DNA of 63,999 nt, counting the filler, from Octopus bimaculoides (lineage: Eukaryota), in assembly GCF_001194135.2 (NCBI RefSeq). It is 7 parts of 7 records of this genome, joined end to end, with 100 filler letters (N's around TTAATTAATTAA, not from the genome) between each part and the next. Parts side by side here need not be neighbours in the genome. Positions count along the whole stretch, not along the records: positions 46,316 to 50,503 come from NC_069008.1; positions 50,604 to 62,864 come from NC_068989.1; positions 62,965 to 63,999 come from NW_026356939.1; 4 more parts are not named here. One strand, given 5' to 3'. The position numbers and the translations under genes are program-made. The notes beneath the pieces are model-generated. The model had not been told where the DNA came from, made no database searches, and worked only from the letters and a program-made list of their open reading frames with translations. Each line of letters opens with the position of its first letter. The first letter of the stretch is position 1. This document shows positions 49,971-63,160 of the stretch, in pieces.

Positions 49971-52900
49971 TAATCGTGCGGGTGTTAATCTGAAAAATTA
50001 CAGAAATGTGAAAATTACTGACCCTGCCATCTATTATAACTTTTGTAGATTATGCCTCCAAAGAGAGTTTGCTGGGGAAAGACAGCAACCGGTTTAAAAT
50101 GACAGCAACAGACTGCAGCAATTCACCACATTCCAGAAGCTATTTTGAACATAATGCAAAATGGTGCATCAACATCTTCTGCCCAATCTGATAGAATTCT
50201 GGCAAAACTGTGTAGCAACAGATTGCCAGCAATTGCTTTATCACAAATTGCTGTCCTAGCTCCTGCGAAAAGGGATTACCCTGGTATGTATAATTAGGGC
50301 AGCGCAAAAAGTTGTTTTGCACAAGCATTTCTATAGCCAATTAGACGGATGAAATTTACGTACACTTAATAATGTTACGCAAAACAGCCTTCAGACTTTC
50401 CCTATTAATTTCATCATCTTTTGAATTATGAACATATTTACATCATAAAGGTTTTTTCGTTGTAAGGCTTTCTTTTTTAGTTGATTTTCAGCTAGCAAGA
50501 CTTNNNNNNNNNNNNNNNNNNNNNNNNNNNNNNNNNNNNNNNNNNNNTTAATTAATTAANNNNNNNNNNNNNNNNNNNNNNNNNNNNNNNNNNNNNNNNN
50601 NNNATATATATATATATATATATATATACAGCGGGCTTCTTTCAGTTTCCTTCTACCAAATCCACTCACTTGCCCAACATGCCATTCAATAGGACTGAAC
50701 CCAGAACCATGTGGTTGGAAAACAAGCTTCTTACCACACACCCACGCATACACCTGTTTATTCGCGTATTTTCCTTCTTAGAACTAATTATTCAAAAACG
50801 AAAAAAAAAAAAAAATCAATGTGACAAAACAAGTGGCATCAAATTTTTATGTTTTGTTCATTAATATTGTTTATTAATAATAATGCTGTGAAGTTTAGAT
50901 ATTAAGTTAAACCATTAACCTATCACTACAAAACATTTAAAACTTAAAAGTTGTAATATAACACTTAACTCGTTCTTTGAAACTGAGTAATCTTTCCCTT
51001 GAATAAACATTATAAACACTTAGTCTAACACATTGAATGAGGCAACAAAAAGGCCTTGACGTAGTTGCTTAGCTTGCTAAAAATAGCAGCCAAATTATTT
51101 CCTCAAATTACTTCCTACTATTATAAAATTGGCTAAAAAAAAACATTAGATAGGGTTGTCCAAGATACACTGACTAAAAATAAAAGGGTCAGGTGATCAA
51201 GGATATTTTGACACTAAAAGACATCTCAAATACTAAGCTGATGCTTCTGAACCGTTTAACATTCCATTTTAATCCTTTTTGTATTCATCCATTCGAAAAA
51301 ACAAAACTTCATATTTTAAAGTGTTCATATTTAAACAATAAGCTTTCTTTATAATACTAATTAAGGATCTTTTGCTATGTTCAAATAATTGGACATGAGA
51401 CATTTTGGCACAGCTGTTTTGGTGCCGCCTATTTGGTGTTGCTGATTCAATGCTGACTTATTTGACATCACGTTTTAATGTTTCTCTAATTCCATCCCTC
51501 CATCCTTCTCTTTTTCTCCCCCATCCCCCCCCCCTCTCTCTCTTTTTCTCTCTACTTTCATGGTGACTAGCCCCACTCCACCAAAATTTCAGACCTTGTG
51601 CCTAGAGTAGAAAAGAATATTTTTAGACCCAGTCCACCACTGGCAACAAGATATTTAGATATGCTATTGAAATGAAATATCTTGATATAGGTACTTATAC
51701 AAGTTACACTAAGTTGATCAGATAGTGCAGGATTGTATTATATCCAGTAACCGACATAGCAGCATGATCATAAATTACTAGAGCAAAGAAGCTTCTCTTA
51801 AGAAGAGCAAGTGCAGAGGTGTTAAGCTCTGAAGTCTTGAAAATGATTGATAAAGTCAGCAAACATAGAACAGGACAGGGTCATCTTAGTTAACAGACAG
51901 TTTAGAGTTATTTGAGGATAGGAAACCATGCAACATTCTTACCTGAGAACAAACAATTCTATTTTGAAGTCATCCAGAGTCCTCGTGGGTCTTGGGAGAT
52001 CAATGCTAATCTGTGTTTGTTGTGGTTGCATCTGCAGAAACCCTTATGCATTGTTTTATTGACGAGGCCTGCAATAAAGTTAAGATGGCCTTATAATATT
52101 GTTAAGATGGCCTTGTGTATAAGACATGCAAAGTGGTGTAAGGCTACTTGTTAGTGAAACTTGAGTATCGAACACAAAGGTTAGAAAAGAATGATTGAAA
52201 TATGATCTACTGGATGTGTAATGTTAACTTGCATGAATGACAGATCACAAAGGAGGTGAAAAAGCAACTGGGCAATAAAGGCATCAGTTATTGTATAAAA
52301 GGAAAGATGACTGCAATGGTTTGGACAAATGACAATAGAGTAAACAAACAAGAGCCATGGAGTATCTTATCAATAGCTGGTAGTAGTAATAGAAGAAGAA
52401 GACTAAGACACAGAAAGACACAGAAACATACAGATGAGATTATACTAGACGTGATGAATAGCAATTTACTGTAGCGCAAACCTATCCAACCCACATCAGT
52501 ATCATCATCACTATCATCATCATCATCATCCTCATCGTTTAACGTCAGCTTTCCGTGCTAGCATGGGTTGGACGATTTGACTGAGAGGACTGGTGAATCG
52601 GATGGCTGCACCAGGCTCCAATCTGATCTGGTGGAGTTTCTACAGCTGGATGCCCTGGGTAAACAAATTCTGAAAATGATTGTTATGATGGTTATGGTGA
52701 TGATGTCTATTTTAAAAGGAAGAAAGTGGTATGGTTAAGGTATTGGATTAGAGTCATTTAGGCCATAAGTTCGTATTCTTTTATGAATTATATTGTATTT
52801 CTGATAGCATTGGTGAGGATGATGTTGATGATGGTATAGCAGTAATGATGATAACTGGTGGTTATAGTTGTTACTGAAAATGATAATGGTTATTGCTGTT

Positions 52901-54759
52901 GTTATTGTTGATGTCATTGTTGATGTCATTGTTGATGTCATTGTTGATGTCATTGTTGACAATGATGACAGTGGTAGTGATGAAGTGGAGGGGTGGGGTT
53001 GGAGAGGAGGGCGGAAGAGGATGGGANNNNNNNNNNNNNNNNNNNNNNNNNNNNNNNNNNNNNNNNNNNNNNNNNNNNNNNNNNNNNNNNNNNNNNNNNN
53101 NNNNNNNNNNNNNNNNNNNNNNNNNNNGGTGGTGGTGGCAGCGGTGACAGTGGCAGTGGCGATACTGGCAGCGGTGGCAGTGGCAGCAAAGGTGGTGGTA
53201 GTGGTGATGAAGATGATGATGATGATGATGATGATGCTGACTGAAGCCAAAATAAATTATTTACTTCACTTCTTGAAAAGATAATTTCAAAAAGTGCCAG
53301 AAGTTTGGGTTAAACAATCATAAACGTGAAATAGAGAAAAAGAAAAAAAATTGACGACAGCACAACAACAACAACAACAACCACAAAAACAACAACAAAA
53401 ACAACAACAACAAAAAAAAACACTGATAAAAGAAATAAGATCAAATAGTTATATTTGAATTATATATTTATAAATCAAAACAGTCTCAACTATAAATAAT
53501 TCAAATTCTTACTCCCACCCCCACTTCATCCAATTTTGCAAATAAAATCATAAATTCTAAATCAAGCAAATATTTTCAATCATTCTCTTTGAGATGTTGC
53601 CACTTTTGACAACAACTCCAATTCCTTGTTTATAAGAATCTTGCTTGGCTTTCAACTGAAAATACAAACACACTAATGTTCGATAGTGTTGTTTCCATTT
53701 CTTCAGATTGGTCTATCCTATTCTTCTGTCTAAGACATAAGCAGTGTAAGACATATATCAGTTGATGTATCTTTGCTAAATAGCAATTTATTCAACCAAG
53801 TTCTTTGATCTATTTTTTTTTTTAATCTAAGCACAAGAAGAATTGTGTGTTTTGCTGATAAGGCACAGCACCTTGGCAATTAGTCAAATTTCTTCAATAT
53901 TACTCCACAACCGGCGCCATTACAATCACACCGCCTCCATTGCTGCTTTCAAGACTCTCTAACTGTCTTCTTCGGCACTGATGCAACCATCCCCACCAAA
54001 AACCATTATAACACCTCCCACACCACTATTACAACCAAACACTACCACTGCAACAACCATCACTGCCACCACCACCACTACCGCCACCATCATCAGAAAT
54101 GTTGCTGCCACCAACTTCTTCATAATCATGAGCACCACCAATATTGCTACTGTCTCTCTTCTTAACCTCTCCCACTACTACTTCTTTGCAATCATCTCAA
54201 TAAATATATTTCCCTCCCACTGTCACTTCGACAACTCCACAATCACCGTTACTACAACAACCAGCATTTCAGGACCTTTATCTCAGCAACCTGTTATCAA
54301 AATAAATACCAGTAATATATTGAGATAAGGTTAATCACCTACATCTTTCTCTTCTCTACATTCTAGTCATAATCGCACCATTTTTTCTTTTATAATGAGT
54401 GTATAATCTAGAACTGTCATTATTCAATAAGTTCTTCATTTTATTAAGATGACAAGATTTGGTTTTATTTGAGAGAGATTTGGCTGCTATCTCTAACATA
54501 TTGAGATACCTTATAAAAGCTTACATCATTATCCCAAACACCAGTAGGTATTACTGTCAGTGCTTTAGGACCATCTCTGTTGTGTATAAGGAAAGTTCAT
54601 CATTCACAGAACTCAGCTTAAAAGAAATTTTCTTCCAGGTTTCCATGACGGAAAAGAATGTTGGTTTTTTTTTTGTTCTTTTTATCAACAAAGGGCTTCA
54701 GAATATTTTAATATCTGTGACGGAAAAAAATGTTCATCTAAATATTATTCTAAACTGTA

Positions 54760-54900
54760 TACGATGGGATATTGAAAAGTTCCTGGCTTTAAGGGTATCG
54801 CAAAAGGCCTTGGTTAGAGGCCCAACCTTCCAAGTTCTTTGACAGGACTTAGAAAAACTGAAGGACCATTGCAATAAGTGCATGAATCTGAGAGGGGAAT
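54760..54900 (+). mobile_element. Short mariner-derived relic
   Basis: tacgatgggatattgaaaagttcctggc TIR-like start, and GLxKLKDHCNKCMNLRGE resembling a mariner C-terminus. Confidence 0.5.
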
Positions 54901-55065
54901 CATCATCATGACCATCGTTTAATGTCTGTTGTTCATGCTGGCATGGGTTGGACTGTCTGACCAAAGCTGGCAAACTGGGGACTGCACCAGACTCCACTCT
55001 GATTTGATTTGAAACACTAGGTTAAAGGGTTACTGGTTGATGTACGGCAGAATGTAGTAGTCTCC

Positions 55066-55290
55066 AAGGCGGTGAGCTAGCAGAAACATTAGCACACCGA
55101 GTGAAATGCTTAGCGGTATTTCATCTGTCTTTACATTCTGAGTTCAAATTCCACTGAGGTCAACTTTGCCTTTCATCCTTTCGGAGTCGATAAATTAAGT
55201 ACCAGTTGCATACTAGGGGCGATGTAATCGACTGCCCCCCCACCACCACTCCCCAAAAATTTCGGGTCTTGTGCCGAGAGTAGAAAAGAA
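55066..55290 (+). mobile_element. Family-2 SINE, near full length
   Basis: AAGGCGGTGAGCTAGCAGAA head, GAGTTCAAATTCC B-box, gcctttcatcctttcgg.gtcgataaattaagtacc core. Confidence 0.88.
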
Positions 55291-56050
55291 TGAAGTGATC
55301 TCCCTTGGCAGTGGGGGAAGACATAACAGAAGTGCGTGCCTATTATTCAATATTAAACTGAAGGAGAGAAGGCAGACAGACCTCATACACTACATGCCTG
55401 CCACGTCGGATATATAAACCTTTATACTTGATTCAACGAGTAATGAATGGTGAATAAATGTTTATATTCACACAGAGAAAGTGAATGAGAGAGAGAGGAA
55501 GATACAGATATTTTTGTACTTGTGTCAATCACTGGTTTGCAGCCATGCAGGGACACTGTCCTCGATAGGTTTTATTGAACCCCCACCCTACCATTGAACA
55601 AATTTTATTGTCCAAAATGGACACCAGTAATTTTTTTTTTTTTTTCGTAAAGTCTGGTACTTATTCAATTAGTGTCATTTACTGAACTGCTAAGTTATGA
55701 GGACATAAATAAACCAATACCAGTTGCCAAGAGGTATGGGGTGATAAACACAAATACACACACATTTACACACACATATGCACACACACACACACACACA
55801 TGATGGGCTTCCATTTAAAATTCATTCATAAGGCATTAGTTTGGACCAACACACACACACACACACACATACACACACACATAAAGACACACATACACAC
55901 ACAAGGACAGACACATGGGCTTCCATCCACAAATTCACTCACAAGGCATTGATGGGACTGAGGCTGCAGCAGAAAACATAATGTGTTGTGCAGTAGGATT
56001 GAACCCAGAACCACATGTTTACAAAGCAAGCTCCTTAAACACATGGACAT

Positions 56051-56308
56051 ACCTGTGCCTTATGAAAACTCTTAGTAGAACTCAGACTCACATCTTTTGC
56101 ACCTGTGCCTTATGAAGACTCTTAGTAGAACTCAGACTCACATCTTTTGCACCTGTGCCTTATGANNNNNNNNNNCTTAGTAGAACTCAGACTCACATCT
56201 TTTGCACCTGTGCCTTATGAAGACTCTTAGTAGAACTCAGACTCACATCTTTTGCACCTGTGCCTTATGAAGCCTCTTAGTAGAACTTAGACTCACATCT
56301 TCTTGCAG
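56051..56308. repeat. 50-bp minisatellite, at least 5 units, with an internal gap
   Basis: Unit acctgtgccttatgaagactcttagtagaactcagactcacatcttttgc repeated head to tail with no spacers. Confidence 0.95.
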
Positions 56309-57289
56309 ACACCTCTGGGTAATGACCTCTGTACTAACCTTATTTAGCAGAATTCATGTAGTGCACTGGTTATTACGGTAAGGTGTCATCGAGGAGACAT
56401 CTGTTCAAGTCCCAGGGGGTTGTCACATTAATATTGACTCTCATACATAAACATTACATCTGCACGTTTAGATATATTTAAAGTGCAAACGTGTCAAAAA
56501 GTTCTTAAAGAGAATTAACTAGGTGTTTCGCACATTGAGATATATGACTTGGGTGTTGCTGTCAGTAAAAAAGACGAAGAAGAAAAAGAAGAGGAAGAAA
56601 AAAAAAGAAGAAAAAGAAGAAAAGGTTGACAAATACTGATTTATATCGCAAAACCATGAACCAATCAATCTGAATCTATCAAAACAAGACTTCTATGAAT
56701 TATCTGAAGCTATTGTTACATTTTGTTTGTTTTTTTTTTCTTTGAGGTAGTTTTGGAAGATCTTTTTTTACCATATATAGTTATATACTTTTCTCCCTCT
56801 CTCTCTCTCTTACTTCTTTACTTCTTTTTTCTTTTCTTTTCTTTCTTTCTTTCTTTCTTTCTTTATTCTTACCAAAGTCTGAAAAAGTGAAAAAAACTGA
56901 GTGTTTGGTATCATCTTTTGGCATCTTGATTTATTCTTTTAATGTTTTAGAATAATTGATGTTTATTAATTTAAGATCAAGACAAAATAAACCGATTCAT
57001 ATTCAAGTCTACAAGTAAAATATATCATGTTATCTGTTGATGATAATCATAAGAACTACATCACTGACAATATTTATGGAATAGTTAAGCTAAATTGTTG
57101 GCAGAAATGGTAGATATAAAAAAAGTACTTTAAAAAATATTTCCTTTAATTCTCTCCCATCTCCAAGAGTAAATCCTACCAATAGATAAAAGTTTCCTTT
57201 CATCCTTCTGAATGAAAGGTAAAGCTGTAAGTTACCAATAAAATAATTATCAGTATTTTATAGGTTTATTTCATATATTCATTTAAGCC

Positions 57290-57720
57290 CTTCTTTCCGT
57301 ATGGAGCAGGGACCAGCAACAACTTCTCTCCACTGTTCCCAACTCTGGGCTGTCTTTTCTGTTTTGCTCCAGTTGGATCCCTGTTTTTCGGCTGCTGCAG
57401 CAGAATCCTATCTCCAGCTATTTTTAGGGCATCCTCTCTTTCACCGCCGTTGTGGGTTCCAGGTCAAGGCCAGACATGTCATTGTGTTTCCCTGAAGGAA
57501 AGTCTTCTTCTCCCAGGTCTTGTTGGTTTTGAATCGCTATGGATGTTTCTGTAAATTTGCATTTTTTCTATGTAGAGATGATGGACCTATGCAAACTCAA
57601 TTTTATTTCTGGTAATAGGTGATCCATATTAGTCTAACCTCAATCCTTTGACCTATCCAGCATGGGAAGCCATGCCAGGAGTTTACATTCTGCTGGCATA
57701 ATCTCGGGGTCATTGACGCA
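57290..57720 (-). mobile_element. Internally deleted RTE-type element
   Basis: Minus-strand LALTWNPQRR*KRGCPKNSWR...WSKTEKTAQSWEQWREVVAGPCS is a typical RTE ORF end. It is preceded by a 5'-UTR-like segment at 57620-57720. Confidence 0.7.
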
Positions 57721-59259
57721 CATATACTAAAAGGTAAAAACCCCTTTAATCATTCATGACCATGGGATTGCACCTAGGAAGTTTCCCTCCAAGGCATAAG
57801 TCCAGGCAGGGCTGTTTGTGGAAGACCAGCAGTTGCTCATGCATACCAGCCTTCTCTCTACATGCCACCGATGTTATCCAAGGGAAAGGCAAAAACCATG
57901 ATACAGCTTGGCACCAGTGATATCACAACTGGTTTCTACAGCTGAGTGAACTGGAGCAACATGAAATAAAGTGTCTTGCTCAAGAACACAACACACAGCC
58001 CAGTCCAGGAATTGAACTCTCTACCCGATTATTGTGAGTCCAATGCTCTAACCACTGAACTGCCATACTGCAATTAGGACTGGACCCTATGGCAGTCAGT
58101 TGTGGCTCTTTACATTAAGTTCAGATCCTGCAGAGGTCAACTTTGTCTTTTACACTTCCAGGGTTGATAAACAGGAAGCACCAGTCAAGATTTGAAGTCA
58201 GTTTAACATTTCTATAATGCATCTGACTAGACATGAATGGAATCATATAAGCAAACCGAAACTAAGACTATACTTCTTTTTCCTCCAGACAAAAGTTGGC
58301 CTTGAGCCTAATCAAAGGAGATCAATAATTATGAAATGGTGATTCACATATGAAAGTCGAGGTAAGCTTCTGGCTGTCAACACCTTGACTTGCTTCTATC
58401 CCAGTAGAGCTATTTCCACTTTACTTATATGAATAATGTTCTTTCCAAAAAAAAAAAGAAAAAAATCTTTCCTTTTCTTTCTAAATATGAAACTTTGTAT
58501 TTGTGTATGAATAATGATTTATAAGAAAACATTTTTTGAAAAAACAAGATCCCAAGAAAATTTGTGATAGCTTGTATTGATAAAAAAAAAAAAAGCAATT
58601 TACTAAAATATATGACATGTTAAATTAGTGCGTTGTGGAAAGAAGAGAATTCTGACATTTGGAACAGGGCTCTTCTCCAGCTCACATTACTCCTCACAAC
58701 ACATAAATTTATTTCATTAATTTTATAAAATGTCTTATAAATCTGAGAGTCAGTTATTGGTGTGTAACCCCAGATCGGTTCTAATCAAGCGGTCCTATGG
58801 CATTCAGGTAGTTGGCACAACTAGTGAATGCGACAATCAATTTATACCAGTTTTTCTAGTTACACCTTACTTCCACATAGCTGAGAACCATTCTAAACAC
58901 TCTGGCATGCTGTGATCAATTGTATTTGCTGTAGAGTGACAATCTAAACATATTGCACACTTTCCAGTGTCCAGTCTATTTCTGTATGTCTGTTGATTCT
59001 GGCACTGGGCACACTGAAGGCTGAGAAAGCATATTCAATCAGAACACAACTGTTGCTGTCTTCTGCTCTTGTTAATGGTGGTACGTATTCCAGCATTGTG
59101 CATGAAGCTAGCGAGGCTATTGTTGCAGCTGTTTCTGGGTGTAAGCATTCTTTATGCTTGTCTGGGCTAAGTGGCAGAGATAATGATTTTAAGTTGTTGT
59201 TGTTGTTGTTGTAGTGTTTGAGAGTATTGCATATGGGTTTGAAAATTATTTTCCATATA

Positions 59260-59423
59260 GGCGCAGGAGTGGCTGTGTGTAAGTAGCTTGCTTATCAACC
59301 ACATGGTTCTGGGTTCAGTCCTGCTGCGTGGCACCTTGGACAAGTGTCTTCTACTATAGCCTCAAGCCGACCAAAGCCTTGTGAGTGGATTTGGCAGACG
59401 GAAACTGAAAGAAGCCCGTCATA

Positions 59424-59472
<49 letters not shown>

Positions 59473-59635
59473 ATATGTTTGTGTGTCTGTGTTTGTCTCC
59501 CGCCCAACATCGCTTGACAACCGATGCTGATGTGTTTACGTCCTCGTAACTTGGCGGTTCGGCAAAAAAGACCGATAGAATAAGTACTAGGCTTACAAAG
59601 AAAAAGTCCTGGGGTCGATTTGCTCGACTAAAGGC
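59260..59635 (+). mobile_element. Family-1 SINE, 3'-truncated
   Basis: GGCGCAGGAGTGGCTGTG head, high identity to the young copies. Confidence 0.9.
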
Positions 59636-60990
59636 AAGGAAGATTCTTCAAGCCAAGTGTTGACACAGTATGACAGTTGTAAATGATTGACACTGTCATG
59701 CAAGCAGTGTCCTTTGTTTCCAAAATTTCCATGGAAACATGCTTCATCATGGAGACGCATTAGCTTACTTGGAAACAGGTACGGGTTGGTGGCAGGAAGG
59801 GCATCCAGCCATAGAAAATATCTGCCTCAACAAATTCTTTCCCACCCATGTGAGGGTGGAAAAGTGTGTATTAGAATGGTGGTGGTGGTGGTGGCGGTGG
59901 TGATGGTGATGATGACAATGACGACTGTATGGACGCAGCAAAGAAGTGACTGTCCCGTGAATACATGCAGTTTGTTTACAGACAGGAAATTTGATTTAAT
60001 TGACCCTCGTACTTCACTGGTATCTATTTTTTATTGATCCTGGAAGGATCAAAGAGGCATGAAAGAATAGAAAACTAAAAACTGAAAAAAAAAAAAAAAA
60101 AAAAAAAAANNNNNNNNNNNNNNNNNNNNNNNNNNNNNNNNNNNNNNNNNNNNNNNNNNNNNNNNNNNNNNNNNNNNNNNNNNNNNNNNNNNNNNNNNNN
60201 NNNNNNNNNNNNNNNNNNNNNNNNNNNNNNNNNNNNNNNNNNNNNNNNNNNNNNNNNNNNNNNNNNNNNNNNNNNNNNNNNNNNNNNNNNNNNNNNNNNN
60301 NNNNNNNNNNNNNNNNNNNNNNNNNNNNNNNNNNNNNNNNNNNNNNNNNNNNNNNNNNNNNNNNNNNNNNNNNNNNNNNNNNNNNNNNNNNNNNNNNNNN
60401 NNNNNNNNNNNNNNNNNNNNNNNNNNNNNNNNNNNNNNNNNNNNNNNNNNNNNNNNNNNNNNNNNNNNNNNNNNNNNNNNNNNNNNNNNNNNNNNNNNNN
60501 NNNNNNNNNNNNNNNNNNNNNNNNNNNNNNNNNNNNNNNNNNNNNNNNNNNNNNNNNNNNNNNNNNNNNNNNNNNNNNNNNNNNNNNNNNNNNNNNNNNN
60601 NNNNNGTTTTGGTTTGTAATTTTTTTCTGTTGCTTTTCTTTGATTTTTTTTTTGTTTTTGTTTTTTAATACTATCAGCAAGACTATATTCTTGCTTTTGT
60701 AAGTTTATTGAGGTCACAGTCATGTAATTAGTACTTTCAATTTGTTCATGCTAATCCTCAACTCTTTTGTTTGCGGAAGATTCTGTTTTCTGTTCTTATT
60801 CGCCCAAAGAAAGATCCAAAGTAAGCTCTCATACGTACACACACATACACACACACACACGTGTGCGCATGCATGCGCACATACGAAAATGTGTGTGTGT
60901 GTGTGTAGGTAGGTAGATAGATAGATAGATAGATAGATAAACACAGAGAGAGAGATAAAGATACATACATAGACACACACACACACACGC

Positions 60991-61029
<39 letters not shown>

Positions 61030-61036
<7 letters not shown>

Positions 61037-61426
61037 GTAAGTAGCTTGCTTACCAACCACATGGTTCCGGGTTCATTCCCACTGCGTGGCCCCTTGGGCA
61101 AGTGTCTTCTACTATAGCGTCGGGCCGACCAAAGCCTTGTGAGTGGATTTGGTAGACGGAAACTGAAAGAAGCCCATCGTATATATATATATATATGTGT
61201 ATATATATGTATGTATGTATGTGTGTGTGTTTGTCCCCCCAACATCGCTTGGCAACCGATGTTGGGGTGTTTACGTCCCCGTAACTTAGCGGTTCAGCAA
61301 AAGAGATCGATAGAATAAGTACTAGGTTTACAAAGAATAAGTCCTGGGGTCGATTTGCTTGACTAAAGGTGGTGCTCCAGCATGGCCACAGTCAAAATGA
61401 CTGAAACAAGTAAAAGAGTAAAAGAG
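61030..61426 (+). mobile_element. Family-1 SINE, young copy
   Basis: High identity to 30204-30670, with the GTAAAAGAG tail. Confidence 0.92.
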
Positions 61427-61772
61427 TATATATGCACATTTGCATGTACCGCTATGTACTTTATGCAGTTCTTTTGTTATAACACAGGTATAGATGCAGA
61501 TGTGTTACCTAAGATTAATTTTGAGGATCTGATCAAAGACTCTGCAATTCAAAAAAGTAGGAGGAAACTTTTCAAATATAAATAAAATGGAAATATACAA
61601 AAATAAACATTATTTTCCTTCTTACTGTTTTGTTTTGTTTTGAAAAATAACAAATTCATTTTATGGTTTGTTATTGTTTATATTTTGAATTACATAATCT
61701 TTTATGGGGGCACCAAAATCTTTTAAGTGCTTAGGGCCTCAATGGATCTTAATCTGGTCCTGGCCAGATATA

Positions 61773-61899
61773 CAGAGTGTCCACAAAGTCTGGGTACATG
61801 GGGATTAACACATACTTTAAGAAATTATTATTTCTTATATTTAATTGTTTATGTTATGATTTTATTTACTCCATGTACCCAAACTTTGTGGACACCCTG
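61773..61899. mobile_element. 127-bp Tc1/mariner-type MITE
   Basis: 29-bp TIRs (2 mismatches) cagagtgtccacaaagtctgggtacatgg / ccatgtacccaaactttgtggacaccctg, TA on both sides. Confidence 0.9.
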
Positions 61900-62059
61900 T
61901 AGTTGGTTTAAACACTGAAGGATCAAATCTAATGTACCTTTCTAAGAAATTCTTTTGCCTTGTGCGTATGTTAGAAATAATTATCTTGTTTAACAACAAA
62001 TTTGCTGAAGAATGTAACAAGATGTAGCTTTGCAAACCAGTACACTGAGGTAACACTCT

Positions 62060-62330
62060 TCATTTAGATGTTGAGATCTTTACAGAGGATCTGTGCAGTT
62101 CCAAGCAACTCTGCCCTTTGTGGATGCTCAATTTTCACAGATGCACCCATCTTTTCAATCCTGTTTGTGAGTTTGGTACTTATAGTTCCCAAGACTCCAA
62201 CAAGAATTACAACACTCCCTTTCGTCAATGACCACATTACTTTTTATCTCCCACTTAAAATCATCTGATCTAGTTTGTTTCTCCTCTTCTCTTTCCAATA
62301 CTCGGTCATCACTCGGACATACAATATCTT
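62060..62330 (-). mobile_element. R4/Dong-like RLE LINE extreme C-terminal fragment
   Basis: VVILVGVLGTISTKLTNRIEKMG...EHPQRAELLGTAQILCKDLNI* matches the VVxGALG...LQKxALLGTAxILR terminus of this clade. Confidence 0.75.
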
Positions 62331-62965
62331 ATGATTAAACAGGGTTTTTCCTCTTAATTCACAACTAAATCTGACTTTCAATGTTCAATTTCGTGATCAC
62401 ATTGGATTATTACATCCAACATTTTCTTTACCTTGACGACAACATCATCATCACCACCACCACCATTACCACTACCACCGCCACCAACACCACCGCCGCC
62501 ACCACCACTGCCACCACCATCACCATTATCATCATCATCATCACCACAATAGTCTTTTGATGCTTATTCTTGGCAAAACCAGGGGAAACCTTTTTCTCAT
62601 GTTTTGTGTGTGTGTGTGTGCATGAGTGTGTGTGTGTGTGCATGAGTGTGTGTGTGTGTATTTGTGTGCACATGCATGTGTGTGTGTGTGTGTGTACATA
62701 TGTTTCTCTGTGTGTGTGTGTGTATGTATGTAGATATATGAATGTAATGTATGTAGATATATACATATATGTATATATGTGTGTATGTATATATGAATGT
62801 ATGTATGTATGTATGTATGTATGTATGCATGCATGTATGTATGTATGTATGTATGTATGTATGTNNNNNNNNNNNNNNNNNNNNNNNNNNNNNNNNNNNN
62901 NNNNNNNNTTAATTAATTAANNNNNNNNNNNNNNNNNNNNNNNNNNNNNNNNNNNNNNNNNNNNC

Positions 62966-63160
62966 CTGAAATTTGGAGAGGGGGATAAGTTGATTACATC
63001 GACCCCAGTGTTTCACTGGTACGTAATTTATCGACCCTTACTGGATGAAAAGCATAGTTGAGACCTCGGCGGAATTTGAACCCAGAACGTAAGGATGGAC
63101 GAAATGCCACTAAACATTTTGCCCGGTGGGGTGACGGTTCTAGCAGCTCGTCGCCTTAAT
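62966..63160 (-). mobile_element. Family-2 SINE
   Basis: Reverse-complement core and head, as at 18285-18520. Confidence 0.8.

Noticed and set aside
52735-54328. Thr/Val/Gly-rich ORFs resembling mucin or glycine-rich proteins
   Set aside because: Degenerate trinucleotide and 12-bp (GTTGATGTCATT) repeats around a gap, open on both strands.
56051-56308. CRISPR-like repeat array
   Set aside because: Units are contiguous with no unique spacers, there are no cas genes, and the context is eukaryotic. It is a minisatellite.
58940-59215. About 100 open codons on minus and a signal-peptide-like frame on plus
   Set aside because: No recognisable homology or consistent exon boundaries; within chance expectation.
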